A stretch of DNA of 64,000 nucleotides from Gemmatimonadales bacterium (GCA_041613315.1 JBFJHJ010000001.1:74152-138151), one strand, 5' to 3'. Counted from the first letter of the stretch, positions 1 to 12,058 are shown. Numbers and translations are program-made. Notes: generated by a model not told the origin, from the letters alone.

Positions 1-324
1 CGGGGCCGCCTCGTCGTGATCGGCAACCAGACGTTCCTTACCGACCAGTTCGTGCGGAACGCCCCCGGCGGACTGGCGCTCGTGCTCAACGCCGTGGACT
101 GGTTGGCGCAGGACGAGGCGCTGATGACGATCCGGGCGAAGGACCGCAGTCCGCCGCCGCTCGTGTTCTCCAGCGAGTTCAAGCGCGACGTGGCGAAGTA
201 CGGCAACCTCGCCGGCGTCCCCCTCCTCCTCATCGCCTTCGCCGGTCTCCGGCTCTGGCTCCGCCGCCGGCGCACCCTCGAGCGATACCATTCCCCCGGG
301 ATGCCGGCCGGCCTGGCGGCATGA
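1..324 (+). CDS. GldG-like ABC-type uncharacterized transport auxiliary protein, C-terminal part (5' truncated by window)
   Basis: Frame is open from base 1 (RGRLVVIGNQTFLTDQF...LNAVDWLAQDEALMTIRAK) and ends in a TM helix plus RRRR, typical of GldG-family C-termini; followed by a DUF4340-like gene as is usual. Confidence 0.7.
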   Translation, partial: RGRLVVIGNQTFLTDQFVRNAPGGLALVLNAVDWLAQDEALMTIRAKDRSPPPLVFSSEFKRDVAKYGNLAGVPLLLIAFAGLRLWLRRRRTLERYHSPGMPAGLAA

Positions 325-1235
325 CCGCGACGCAGCTCACACGGATCGCGATCGCCCTCGGCGTGGTGCTGCTGCTCTGGGGCGCCGCCGAGATCCTGGG
401 AGGAGGGATCGGACGCGGCGGTGGCGCCGTGCCGATCCGCTCGACCACGATGGACGAAGCCGACACCGTCGAGCTTCGCCGCAGCGACGACACGCTCGTC
501 CTCGTCAAGGACGGCGGCCGGTGGACGGTGGACGGCTTCGCGTCGGACGTCTCGCTGCTGCGGGACCTCTTCGCCGACTTCGGAGACTCGTTGCGCGCCG
601 AGCTGGTGGCCCGGAGCCCGTCGTCACATACCCGCATGGGCGTGGACAGCGCCGGCGGAAAGCGGCTGCGCATTGTGGCGGGCGATCGCACGCTCATCGA
701 TCTGTGGGTCGGCAATCGCGGCACCGTGTGGGAGGGCATCTTCGTTCGGCCGGAGGGCGACGACCGCGTGTACGAATTGCGGGGACGGCTCGCGGGGGCC
801 GCCGACCGTCCGCTCAACGACTGGCGGGACAAGCGCATCGTCGAAATCGAGCCCGACAGCGTGGCCCAGGTGGCCCTGGAGCGGGGTCGTCGCCGGTACG
901 TGCTGGAGCGGGTGACGGATGGGTGGCGCTTCGCGGACGGCGGCGCGGCGGACGCCGCCAAGGCGACGCGGTTAGTCGGGGCCTACCGATCGCTCGTCGC
1001 TCAGGGGAGCTACTTCGCCACCGAGGCCGAAGCGGCGGCGGCGGATTTCGCGCGCCCCGACCGCCGGATCACCATGCTCGCCGCGGGCGGCGACACGCTG
1101 GCCGCTCTCGCATTCGACTCCACAGACACCGGATTCTGGGTGCGTCGCTCCTTCGGTGGTCCGGTGTTCCATCTGTTCACCTGGAAAGTGGACGATCTCG
1201 TTCCTCCGGACTCGGCCCTGCGGGTGAACCCGTAA
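321..1235 (+). CDS. DUF4340 domain-containing protein
   Basis: N-terminal TM, 'LVKDGGRWTV', 'DWRDKRI' motif; ATGA overlap with upstream GldG-like gene. Confidence 0.75.
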   Translation: MTATQLTRIAIALGVVLLLWGAAEILGGGIGRGGGAVPIRSTTMDEADTVELRRSDDTLVLVKDGGRWTVDGFASDVSLLRDLFADFGDSLRAELVARSPSSHTRMGVDSAGGKRLRIVAGDRTLIDLWVGNRGTVWEGIFVRPEGDDRVYELRGRLAGAADRPLNDWRDKRIVEIEPDSVAQVALERGRRRYVLERVTDGWRFADGGAADAAKATRLVGAYRSLVAQGSYFATEAEAAAADFARPDRRITMLAAGGDTLAALAFDSTDTGFWVRRSFGGPVFHLFTWKVDDLVPPDSALRVNP

Positions 1236-1319
1236 GCGAGCGCTCGAGCGCGGCGGGAAGCCCATGGCGGAGATCGCCTGCCGCGTCTGTTTGTTTCAGA
1301 TGCGCCGTGGGATACCGGC

Positions 1320-1613
1320 TCAATGCGTCCCGCTCACCTTCCTGATCCGGATGCCCAGCACGCGGAACCCCGCGTGTGCGAGTAGGGGAAACCCGAACAG
1401 CACCACGGCGGTGGGGATGACGACGCGGCCGGCGAACCCCATCCCCCCCAGCGCCGCCCGCAGCCCGCCCCAGACCACCACGTACAGGGCCATCGTCGCG
1501 AGAAGTCCCATGACCTGTCTCAGGGCCGAGCCGCCCACCACGTCCACGGGCCAGCCGCCGAGATAGACCATGGCCAGGGCAAAGAACAGGCAGATCGCGA
1601 TCAGCCATTCCAT
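1320..1613 (-). CDS. small hypothetical membrane protein (about 3 TM)
   Basis: MEWLIAICLFF... hydrophobic 97-aa ORF; GGAG upstream of the ATG at 1613. Confidence 0.65.
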   Translation of the reverse strand: MEWLIAICLFFALAMVYLGGWPVDVVGGSALRQVMGLLATMALYVVVWGGLRAALGGMGFAGRVVIPTAVVLFGFPLLAHAGFRVLGIRIRKVSGTH

Positions 1614-1683
1614 TGCGGGTCTCCCAGTGAAGTGAGTGCTGCGGATTGCCAACGGCGACCACGTTGGTGCGTGCGGTCGTTCC

Positions 1684-2331
1684 TTATCTTGCTCGGCCGG
1701 TCGCTACTGCCCGCGCCGAGAGCGCCAACGCCAGCGCCAGCAGCGCGATGCCCACGGCACTGCCCGCCACGGCGAGCACGCCGCGAGCCGACATTCGCGT
1801 CGGACCCACGACCAGCACCCTGGGGGCGGGACGCGGGCGCCCCGGGGCGCCCGCCCATTCTAGCATTTCGCCTGTCGCCCGCGCGAGGGTGACGGGAAAG
1901 ACGAGCTGCCGTTCACGAGCGTCCCCGGCCACGCGGCCGAGGAAGGCGAATTCTCGGAACTCGCCGCGGCTGAGCGTGCCGCCCGACCACGTGATGGTCT
2001 GAGGCGTCGTGTCGGAGGGGGCGCGCGCCGCGAACGTCCACCCCGGCACGGGCTCCACTCCCAGGACCGTCACGATCTCGGGGACCGCGACGTGGACGCC
2101 CGTGACGGCGGTATCGCCGGCATTGACCACGCGCACGGCGAACCGCTCCCACGATGCGGGCGATGTCGTGCCCGGCGCGATCGCGACCTGGGCGGGAACA
2201 GAGGTGGGAAGGGCGGAGATGACCCAAAGGACGGTTAAGACGATCGGGGCCGTCGCATGGGCCGCAGGCCTGCGCCCGTCGTAGCGGTCCCCGTCGGGGT
2301 GCCCGGCGCCCGCCAATCGCTGATCGATCAT
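1684..2331 (-). CDS. DUF1775 (YcnI-like) exported protein with C-terminal membrane anchor
   Basis: 'FAVRVVN...VEPVPGWTF...ITWSGG...FREFAF...LVFPV...EW' pattern; AGGAGG upstream of the ATG. Confidence 0.65.
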   Translation of the reverse strand: MIDQRLAGAGHPDGDRYDGRRPAAHATAPIVLTVLWVISALPTSVPAQVAIAPGTTSPASWERFAVRVVNAGDTAVTGVHVAVPEIVTVLGVEPVPGWTFAARAPSDTTPQTITWSGGTLSRGEFREFAFLGRVAGDARERQLVFPVTLARATGEMLEWAGAPGRPRPAPRVLVVGPTRMSARGVLAVAGSAVGIALLALALALSARAVATGRAR

Positions 2332-2362
2332 TGACCCTCCTGAGATGCGCCGCGTCACGGTC

Positions 2363-3094
2363 CTACCGGCTAACCGCCTCGCCGTCCTGACCGCCTGACT
2401 CTCCCGACCCCAACAGCCGTCGCGCGGTCCGAAACACCGCGTGCCACATCGCGCGCGTGAGCCGTCCCGTGTTCGTATTCTGCCGGCTCGGGTGGTAGGA
2501 ACTCATGAGCCGCATCCCGTCGGGCAGCGTCGCCATTGCGCCGTGGGCGAACCGCGGCCGCTCCCCCGGCTTCAGGCGCGCCCACCAGCCGGCGGCTTCG
2601 AGCCACTGGCGGTGGGCGACGTGCCCCAGCACGAGCGTGAGCGTGACGCGATCGAGGAGCGCGAGCTCGCCCGCCAGATACGGCCGGCAGGCGTCGAGCT
2701 CGTGCCGGGTCGGCCGGTTTCCGGGCGGCGCGCATCGGGCGGCGGCGGTGATGTAACAGTCCCGCAGCTCGAGGCCGTCGTCCGATGCTGTTGCCTCGGC
2801 CTGACTGGCGAAGCCGAACCGGTGCAGCGCGCCGTAGAGCCAGTTGCCGCTCGAGTCGCCGGTGAACATCCGGCCCGTTCGGTTGGCGCCGTGGGCCGCC
2901 GGCGCAAGCCCGACGATCAACAGCCGGGCCGCCGGATCGCCGAAGCCCGGAACCGGTTTGCCCCAGTAGTCCCAGTCGACGTACAGCGGCCTGCGCCGCT
3001 CTGCGACGGCGCGGCAGTGTCGCACGAGCCGGGGACACGCCGTACACCGGACCACCGCGGCCCGAAGCGTGTCGAGGGAGCGGTATCGCGTCAT
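2363..3094 (-). CDS. udgB: uracil-DNA glycosylase, family 5 (UdgB-like, Fe-S)
   Basis: CxxCPRL, GLAPAAHGANRTGRMFTGD, RCAPPGNRP, YHPSRQNTNTG motifs. Confidence 0.88.
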   Translation of the reverse strand: MTRYRSLDTLRAAVVRCTACPRLVRHCRAVAERRRPLYVDWDYWGKPVPGFGDPAARLLIVGLAPAAHGANRTGRMFTGDSSGNWLYGALHRFGFASQAEATASDDGLELRDCYITAAARCAPPGNRPTRHELDACRPYLAGELALLDRVTLTLVLGHVAHRQWLEAAGWWARLKPGERPRFAHGAMATLPDGMRLMSSYHPSRQNTNTGRLTRAMWHAVFRTARRLLGSGESGGQDGEAVSR

Positions 3095-3148
3095 CGGTGG
3101 ACTCGACGGCCGTAACGTGACGCGACGGCACCGCTTCCGTGGCCGCCG

Positions 3149-4837
3149 CTACCGCCCGGCCTTGGCGACCTCCGCGGCGCGCAGCTCGCGTCGCAGGACC
3201 TTGAGCACCGAGCTCTTGGGAAGCGCGTCCATGAACTCGATGGTCCGCGGCACCTTGTACGCCGCCAGCTCCTCGCGGCAGTGCGTGAGCAGCTCGTCGG
3301 CCGTCGCTCGCTGCCCCGGCTTCAGGACGACGAACGATTTCACCGTCTCGCCCCGCTTGGCGTCCGGCACCCCGATGGTCCCGGCCTCGAGGACCGCGGG
3401 GTGGCTCATCAGCACGCGATCGATCTCGTCCGGATACACATTGTAGCCCGAGCAGAGGATCATGTCCTTCTTGCGTCCCTCAATGAAGAAGAAGCCGTCC
3501 TCGTCCATCCGGGCGAGGTCGCCGGTGTAGAGCCAGCCGGCGCGGATCATCTCCGCCGTGGCCTCGGGCCGCTTCCAATACCCCTTCATCACCTGCGGGC
3601 CGTTGACGGCCAGTTCACCCACCTCGTTGGGGGGGAGGATCCGTGTCCCGTCTTCGATGTCGACGATGCGGGCGTCGGTGGAGGAGATCGGGACGCCGAT
3701 GCTCCCCGGTTTGCGCGTGCCGAGGACGGGGTTCGAGTGGGTGACGGGGGCCGTCTCGGTCAGGCCGAAGCCCTCGGTGATCTTCCCGCCCGTAATCGCC
3801 TCGAAGCGTTGCATCACCTCGACCGGCAGCGGCGCGGAGCCCGAATTGCAGACTTTGACGCTCGAGAGATCGGCTTTCGCCGCGTCGGGGTGCTGGTTGA
3901 TGGCGTTGTAGGTGGCGGGCACGGCCGGCGCCAGCGTCACGCGATGCTTCGCGATCGCGGACACGATGGCGGGAATGTCCCGCGGATTGGGTAACAGCAC
4001 CAGGGCCGCTCCCATCGCGATCCCGTTGTTCATCGCCACCGTGAGGCCGTACGAGTGGAACAGCGGCAGCATGGTCAACATGACCTCGCGGCCCGGTACG
4101 AGGCCGGGCAACCAGGCGGCGAGCTGCTGCACGTTCACCGACAAGTTGCGGTGGGTGAGCATCGCACCCTTGGAGACGCCGGTTGTTCCGCCGGTGTACA
4201 GCAGCGTTGCCACGTCGTCCAACTCGAGCGTCACGGCCGGCGGCTGCGGGGGCGTCTTCCGGACGAGCGTCCGGAAGTCGTGCACGTTGGCGTCGCGGGG
4301 GACGTTCGCGACGAGCGGCGGGGCCTGGCGCCGGAGCTTGAACGGCGCGAGCTGTTTGAGCGGGAATCGCATGTAGTCGGGAATCGTCGTCACGACGTAG
4401 TGCTTGACCGGCAGGCGGTCGCGGATCGCGCGGATCTTCTGCACGTAGAGGTAGTCAGTGATCACGGCCACCTCGCAGCCGCCGTCGTTCCACTGATGCT
4501 CGATTTCCCGTGGCGTGTACAGCGGATTGGTCGGCGAGGCGATCGCGTTGAGCGACAGCGCGGCGTAGTAGGCGATCGCAAACTGCGGAAGGTTTGGGGT
4601 CTGAATGGCGACCCGCGTCCCTCGTGCCACTCCGAGCGTCGTGAGAGCGGTCGCGAACCGATCGACTTCGTCGCCGAATTGCCGATAGGTGAGCCGGCCG
4701 TTGAAGAAGATCAATGCCGGTCGATCCGGGTACGTTCGCACGGCGCGTCGGAGGAAATCCACCACCGTCGCAGGCTCGAGGTCGAGCTCTGCGGGAACGC
4801 CGTCATCGTAGTGCCGATGCCAGGGCCTCTGCTCCAT
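3149..4837 (-). CDS. fadD: long-chain fatty acid--CoA ligase
   Basis: AMP-binding YTGGTTGVSKG, EGFGLTE, TGDLA, GRKKDMI; start MEQRPW preceded by GGAGG. Confidence 0.9.
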   Translation of the reverse strand: MEQRPWHRHYDDGVPAELDLEPATVVDFLRRAVRTYPDRPALIFFNGRLTYRQFGDEVDRFATALTTLGVARGTRVAIQTPNLPQFAIAYYAALSLNAIASPTNPLYTPREIEHQWNDGGCEVAVITDYLYVQKIRAIRDRLPVKHYVVTTIPDYMRFPLKQLAPFKLRRQAPPLVANVPRDANVHDFRTLVRKTPPQPPAVTLELDDVATLLYTGGTTGVSKGAMLTHRNLSVNVQQLAAWLPGLVPGREVMLTMLPLFHSYGLTVAMNNGIAMGAALVLLPNPRDIPAIVSAIAKHRVTLAPAVPATYNAINQHPDAAKADLSSVKVCNSGSAPLPVEVMQRFEAITGGKITEGFGLTETAPVTHSNPVLGTRKPGSIGVPISSTDARIVDIEDGTRILPPNEVGELAVNGPQVMKGYWKRPEATAEMIRAGWLYTGDLARMDEDGFFFIEGRKKDMILCSGYNVYPDEIDRVLMSHPAVLEAGTIGVPDAKRGETVKSFVVLKPGQRATADELLTHCREELAAYKVPRTIEFMDALPKSSVLKVLRRELRAAEVAKAGR

Positions 4838-4864
4838 GATGCCTCCCGAATCCCGTGCCGGGCA

Positions 4865-4894
4865 ATCATGCGCGACCGGGTTGCGGTGTGTCAA
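4865..4894 (-). promoter_or_regulatory. possible sigma70-type promoter for fadD
   Basis: TTGACA-N18-CATGAT on the minus strand, about 28 nt upstream of the ATG. Confidence 0.4.
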
Positions 4895-5045
4895 TCCACC
4901 GGATAGCGATACCTGACGAGCGCTCAGGCCGCTCGGACGGTACCGATTGAACTCCGCCCCCTGGACACTAATCTTCAAGGGCCGAGGCTCACACCGTCCG
5001 GCTCAACACATACACCACAAACTCACTCAGCACGAGGTCTTCGTG

Positions 5046-6374
5046 ATGCGCCACGTTTCGTGTCGACTCCTCGCATGGGTGACCGTCGCGACCGCCACCG
5101 CGGCCGGTCCCGCCGCCGCCCAGCAGCGGCTTTCCTCCGTGGAGCGCCAGATCGTCGCCTCCGTCGATGCCCAGACGCCGGCGGCGGTCGCGTTCCTCGA
5201 GGAAGTGGTGAACATCAACTCGGGGACCATGAACTTCGACGGGGTCCGGGCGGTCGGTCGAGCGTTTCAGGCGAAGCTCGACGCGCTGGGGTTCGCCACG
5301 CGGTGGATCCCGATGGATGAGGCGGGGCGCGCCGGCCATCTGTTCGCCGAGCGGCAGGATCGCGCGAGCGGCGGGAAGCGCCTGCTCCTGATTGGGCACT
5401 TGGACACCGTGTTCGAGCACGACAGTCCCTTCCAGCGGTTCGAGCGGCGGGACGGCCAAGCTCTGGGGCCGGGCACGGAGGACATGAAGGGCGGGAACGT
5501 CGTGATGCTGTTGGCGCTCCAGGCGCTCCACGCGGCGGGAGCGCTGGATGGGACCACGATGATCGTGGCGCTCACGGGCGACGAGGAAGACACCGGCGAC
5601 CCGCTCAGCGTGTCGCGGCGCGACCTCCTTGAGGCGGGACGCCGAAGCGATATCGCCTTGGGGTTCGAGGGTGGCATCGGCACGGGCACGGCAACGGTCG
5701 CGCGGCGCGGGTTCACCGGCTGGATCGTGCGGGTCGGTGGCACGCCTGCCCACTCCTCACAGGTGTTCCGTGAGGACGTGGGGAGCGGCGCCATCTACGA
5801 GGCGGCCCGTATCCTCCATGACTTCCACGAGGAGTTGCGGGGCGAGCGCTACTTGACCCTCAACCCGGGGACCATCCTGGGCGGGACGTCCGTGACGTTC
5901 GATGCCGTGCAGAGCAGGGGCACGACATTCGGCAAGACCAACGTCATCGCCGAGCACACGGTGGTGGCCGGCGACTTGCGGTTCATCTCGGAGGCACAGC
6001 GCGAGCGCGCCAAGGAGCGGATGCGAGCGATCGTCGCGCGACACCTCCCGCAGACGACGGCAACGATCACCTTCGAGGACTCCTACCCGGCGATGGCGCC
6101 GACGCCCGCCAACTACACCTTGCTCGAGCGGCTCGACCGCGTGAGCCGCGATCTCGGCTTCGGGGCCGTCGAGGCGGTGGATCCGGGCCGACGCGGCGCC
6201 GCCGACGTGTCCTTTGTAGCGCCGATCGTCGAAGCCTCGCTGGACGGTCTCGGGATCGTCGGAGACGGCGGCCACACCGTGGCAGAGCGCGCAGACCTCG
6301 CGACCCTCACTCTCATGGCGAAGCGGGCGGCCCTGCTGATCTATCGGCTGACGCGGGAGCGGCCGGGGACCTAG
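5046..6374 (+). CDS. exported M20/M25/M40 metallopeptidase (carboxypeptidase G2-like)
   Basis: Signal peptide (AAA|QQ); GHLDTV, GTEDMKGG, GDEE and C-terminal GGHT metal ligands. Confidence 0.85.
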   Translation: MRHVSCRLLAWVTVATATAAGPAAAQQRLSSVERQIVASVDAQTPAAVAFLEEVVNINSGTMNFDGVRAVGRAFQAKLDALGFATRWIPMDEAGRAGHLFAERQDRASGGKRLLLIGHLDTVFEHDSPFQRFERRDGQALGPGTEDMKGGNVVMLLALQALHAAGALDGTTMIVALTGDEEDTGDPLSVSRRDLLEAGRRSDIALGFEGGIGTGTATVARRGFTGWIVRVGGTPAHSSQVFREDVGSGAIYEAARILHDFHEELRGERYLTLNPGTILGGTSVTFDAVQSRGTTFGKTNVIAEHTVVAGDLRFISEAQRERAKERMRAIVARHLPQTTATITFEDSYPAMAPTPANYTLLERLDRVSRDLGFGAVEAVDPGRRGAADVSFVAPIVEASLDGLGIVGDGGHTVAERADLATLTLMAKRAALLIYRLTRERPGT

Positions 6375-6501
6375 GGCAGCGCGGCGACCGCGCGGTGGGG
6401 ACATGGAATGACGACGGACGGCGGGACGGACATACGGTCAGGCGGTCAACCCTCCGTGGGTCAGGGGCGGACCGGTCGCAGCGTCCGCCCGCCCGCCTCT
6501 C

Positions 6502-8541
<2,040 letters not shown>

Positions 8542-8765
8542 CTAAATCACTGTCGCGCAAGGCCTTATCGCAAGCCGAGCGGGCGGGGCCCGGCGCCGCG
8601 CCCCGGGTCGGTTTCCGGGCGCTCTCGCGGCCTCCGGGACCGGCCCGCCGGACGAAGCAATGAGGGTGCCGTTCATCCCATCTTCACATTTGGTTGCGCT
8701 ACCGGGCCAGAGATTCGAGCACTTGTGAAGCACTCTCACCGTCGACTCGTCGGGGGCCCACGGCC

Positions 8766-9797
8766 ATGACTCAGACCGAGTCTGCGGCTCGGAAACGGCG
8801 TTCCCCGCGAGGGGCCCGCTGGCTCCTCCAGGGACTCGTGGGCGTCGGACTCGTTCTGGCGTCCGCCTGCCTGGACGAGCCGGCGGCACCCGTGAAGCCA
8901 GGCGACGACGGGAACCCCGGTGTGCCAGGGGACATTGAGCCCGAGCCCTCCGTGGAGCCGGATCTCTCCCACGTGATCGGGGGAAAGCTGATCTTGCCGA
9001 TTCGGCTCACCCCCACGCCGGCAGGCCGCCTGGTCGTCTCGGATTTCTACGCGCGGCGCGTCTTCCTCGTCGACCCGCCGACGCTTCGGGTCCTGGGCGG
9101 CCTCGTCGTCCAGGGCGGTCCGCTCGCCGTGGGCCTGTGGGGGCGACGCATCTTTGTGGGGAACGCCGCCACCCGGACGGTCGACGTCTACGATCACCGT
9201 GGGGCCTATCTGTACTCCTTCGGAGGTGGCCCCGGGGCCGTCGGCGATCCGACTGATCTCGCCATCGATGCCGCGCGGGGCCTCGTATTCGTGGTGGACG
9301 GCCGGAGCCGCGTGGTGAAGGTGTTCACCGTCTATGGCGATCCCGTGTTCCAGATCTCGGGGCCGGGCCAGGGCGCCGCCCGGCTGCAGCGGCCGACCGG
9401 CATCGCGCTGCACGCGGATCAGGTGTTCGTCAGCGACTACGGTGACCTTCGGACGGGCGATCCGGCGCGTATCAAGGTCTTCGAGTACGACGGCAAGCTC
9501 GTGACCAGCCTCTCCGGCGGGAACGACGGCTCAAAGGCCCGGTTTGCCCGGCCTCAGGGGCTCACGGTGGACGCCCAGCGGCGCGTCTTCGTGACGGAAG
9601 CAATGTCCGGCGAGGTAATCGTGCTCGATCCCGCGACGGGCGCCGTGATCAAGACGATCGGCACCTGGGGCTCCGACCCCGGCCAGTTGCGCCTGCCGCT
9701 GGACGTCACGCTGAGTCCCCGTTCTGACGCCATCTTCGTGACCAACTCCCGCAACGGTCGGGTGGAGCTGTTCGCCGGCGGGGGCGCGGTGCCATGA
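8766..9797 (+). CDS. NHL-repeat beta-propeller lipoprotein
   Basis: Lipobox LASA|C; repeated NHL-type units (PTDLAID, PTGIAL, PQGLTVD, PLDVTL). Confidence 0.8.
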   Translation: MTQTESAARKRRSPRGARWLLQGLVGVGLVLASACLDEPAAPVKPGDDGNPGVPGDIEPEPSVEPDLSHVIGGKLILPIRLTPTPAGRLVVSDFYARRVFLVDPPTLRVLGGLVVQGGPLAVGLWGRRIFVGNAATRTVDVYDHRGAYLYSFGGGPGAVGDPTDLAIDAARGLVFVVDGRSRVVKVFTVYGDPVFQISGPGQGAARLQRPTGIALHADQVFVSDYGDLRTGDPARIKVFEYDGKLVTSLSGGNDGSKARFARPQGLTVDAQRRVFVTEAMSGEVIVLDPATGAVIKTIGTWGSDPGQLRLPLDVTLSPRSDAIFVTNSRNGRVELFAGGGAVP

Positions 9798-12058
9798 GGC
9801 GTCTTGCGCCGCTGAGCGCCGTCGTATTCAGCCTCGTGCTCGTACTCGCCGCGGTCGTGTCACGCCCGCGGGGCGCGGAAGGGTCCGCCGCGGTGCTTCT
9901 GCTCGCGGCGCACGACCCGTGCGGCAACTGCCACAGCATGCACACGGCGCCAGGCCAGACGCTGACGAACGATGCCGTCGTCGAAGATCTCTGCCTCACG
10001 TGTCACGGGCCGGCTGGGCCGTCCCCCAAGAAGGCCGAGGTGCATCAGCACAAGACGGGCAGCACCTACGACTTTGCGATGACGTGCACGGCCTGCCATA
10101 ATCCGCACAACCATCCCACGAATTGGCTCGGCGGAACCAATCTCCGCTTGGTCGGCGACGAGCGCAGCGCCAAGATCACAACGCCCAATAGCGGCGTCCG
10201 GGACGTGGTCTTCGAGAGCCGCGGCGCCGACTCCGGCGGGGCGGCCCTCCATTCCTACGCGGACGCCGATCAGGACGCGAACGGGGTGTACGATGGCGTC
10301 TGCGAGGTGTGCCACACGTTGACCGGCGTCCATCAGAACAGCTCCGCCGGCTATCATCGGCACCAGCGGGGCAACAGCTGTCTCACCTGCCATCCGCACG
10401 TGGGGCAGGGGGGGAACGTCGGGGCGTTCCTCGTGGATCCCACGCTCGAGTGCGCCGACTGTCACAACCGGCCGCTCGATCCTCGCCGGGCGGTGATCAG
10501 CGAGTTTGCACGGCGGAGCCACCACGTGCAGGGACCGGTCGCGAGCGCCGACTGCCGGGCGTGCCACATCCAGACGCGGCATTCGAAGGGGACGGTTCGG
10601 TTGGCGAATGCGGATGACCCGACCAACGAGACGCTGGTGGTGGAGCTCACGGGCGATCCGGTCGCCGCTCCGGCCGACGCCGCGAAGCTGACGCCCTTCT
10701 GTCTGGCCTGCCACGACGCCAACGCGGCGAACGGTGCGCCACCGTTCAGCGACGGGGTGACACCGCCCAACATCGACGCCGGCTGGGCGGAGGCCTCCCA
10801 CAAGACCGTCGGCTACTCGTGCTTCGGCGACGGCGCGTCCGGCTGCCATGCCACCGCCCACGGATCGGACAAGCAGAACCTCCTCGCGCCCCACGGCGTT
10901 TCGCCGACGCCGCCGGCCAACGCGGAGGAGGAAGAGGGGTTCTGCTACACCTGTCACGACGGCGCTCCCGCCAGCACCAATATCCAGGGAGAATTTCAGA
11001 AAGGGGCCAATACCGCGGTCCGGACCTTCCACCACCAGGTCAGGGACACGGAACAGTCCGGGGGTCGCGTCGTCGAGTGCACGAGTTGCCATAACCCGCA
11101 CCAGGCGACGAACGCCAACAAGGTGAGAGGCGTCCGCGGGACGGACCTGCGCGGCAATCCGGTCGGGCCTGGGACGGGCAACCCGCGTGACGCTTTAGAG
11201 TACGAGGTGTGCCTCAACTGCCACGGCGACACCTACCTGGCGAATCGGGACATCAACGCGGATGGCTTCAACGACACGTCGAACAAGCGGCGCGACTTCA
11301 ACGACAGCGCCAGCGCGTATCACGCGGTGCAGCAGGCCGGCCGCAACCGTTCGGGCGCGATCCAGGCCGCCCTGGTCGGCGGGCTGGACACGCTCTCGGT
11401 CATCAAGTGCAGCGACTGCCACAACAACGAGCAGACCAGGAACGCCCTGGGCCGGGCGTCCAACTCGGCCGCCAGCCCCAAAGGGCCGCACGGCTCGATC
11501 CTCTACCCGATCCTGCGCGACACGTCCGACCTCCGGGCCATCCAACCGGCCGGGCAGGCGCGGAGCGGCCAGTTCCGGCTCTGCTTCCTGTGCCACGACA
11601 AGGACAAGCTCAAGGGGGAGAAGGACGGCAACGTGGGGCGCGACTTCGCCGCCGGCGCCCGTACGAACTTCTACGGCGGCTCGAAGGACAACCTCCACTG
11701 GTTCCACCTGAGCGACTTCGCTGGCGCCACGTGCCGTTCGTGCCACTACAACACCCACGGCAATCAGTCGGCGAGCAACACGATCTATCGGATCATCGAC
11801 GGCGGCCCGCCGACGGACTATGCGACCGGTCCGCCAATCGGCTACAAGACGCGCATGGTGAACTTCTCGCCCTCGGTGCAAGCGCGGACGGGATTCACCA
11901 AGCCGGTGTTCCGAATCGACGTGGGGACGCGCAACCGAGGGTGTCTGCTGGTGTGCCACGGCACGGACCATGACGGCACGGGGGACTTCACCTACAACCC
12001 GCAGGCGCGGCACGGCCAGCCGGGGATGGACAACGATCCGCTGAAATACACTCCGTGA
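9794..12058 (+). CDS. large exported multiheme cytochrome c (14 CXXCH plus CX7CH and CX3CH)
   Basis: N-terminal signal/TM; motifs CGNCH, CLTCH, CTACH, CEVCH, CLTCH, CADCH, CRACH, CLACH, CYTCH, CTSCH, CLNCH, CSDCH, CFLCH, CRSCH; atypical CFGDGASGCH and CLLVCH; ATGA overlap with the NHL gene. Confidence 0.92.
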   Translation: MRRLAPLSAVVFSLVLVLAAVVSRPRGAEGSAAVLLLAAHDPCGNCHSMHTAPGQTLTNDAVVEDLCLTCHGPAGPSPKKAEVHQHKTGSTYDFAMTCTACHNPHNHPTNWLGGTNLRLVGDERSAKITTPNSGVRDVVFESRGADSGGAALHSYADADQDANGVYDGVCEVCHTLTGVHQNSSAGYHRHQRGNSCLTCHPHVGQGGNVGAFLVDPTLECADCHNRPLDPRRAVISEFARRSHHVQGPVASADCRACHIQTRHSKGTVRLANADDPTNETLVVELTGDPVAAPADAAKLTPFCLACHDANAANGAPPFSDGVTPPNIDAGWAEASHKTVGYSCFGDGASGCHATAHGSDKQNLLAPHGVSPTPPANAEEEEGFCYTCHDGAPASTNIQGEFQKGANTAVRTFHHQVRDTEQSGGRVVECTSCHNPHQATNANKVRGVRGTDLRGNPVGPGTGNPRDALEYEVCLNCHGDTYLANRDINADGFNDTSNKRRDFNDSASAYHAVQQAGRNRSGAIQAALVGGLDTLSVIKCSDCHNNEQTRNALGRASNSAASPKGPHGSILYPILRDTSDLRAIQPAGQARSGQFRLCFLCHDKDKLKGEKDGNVGRDFAAGARTNFYGGSKDNLHWFHLSDFAGATCRSCHYNTHGNQSASNTIYRIIDGGPPTDYATGPPIGYKTRMVNFSPSVQARTGFTKPVFRIDVGTRNRGCLLVCHGTDHDGTGDFTYNPQARHGQPGMDNDPLKYTP

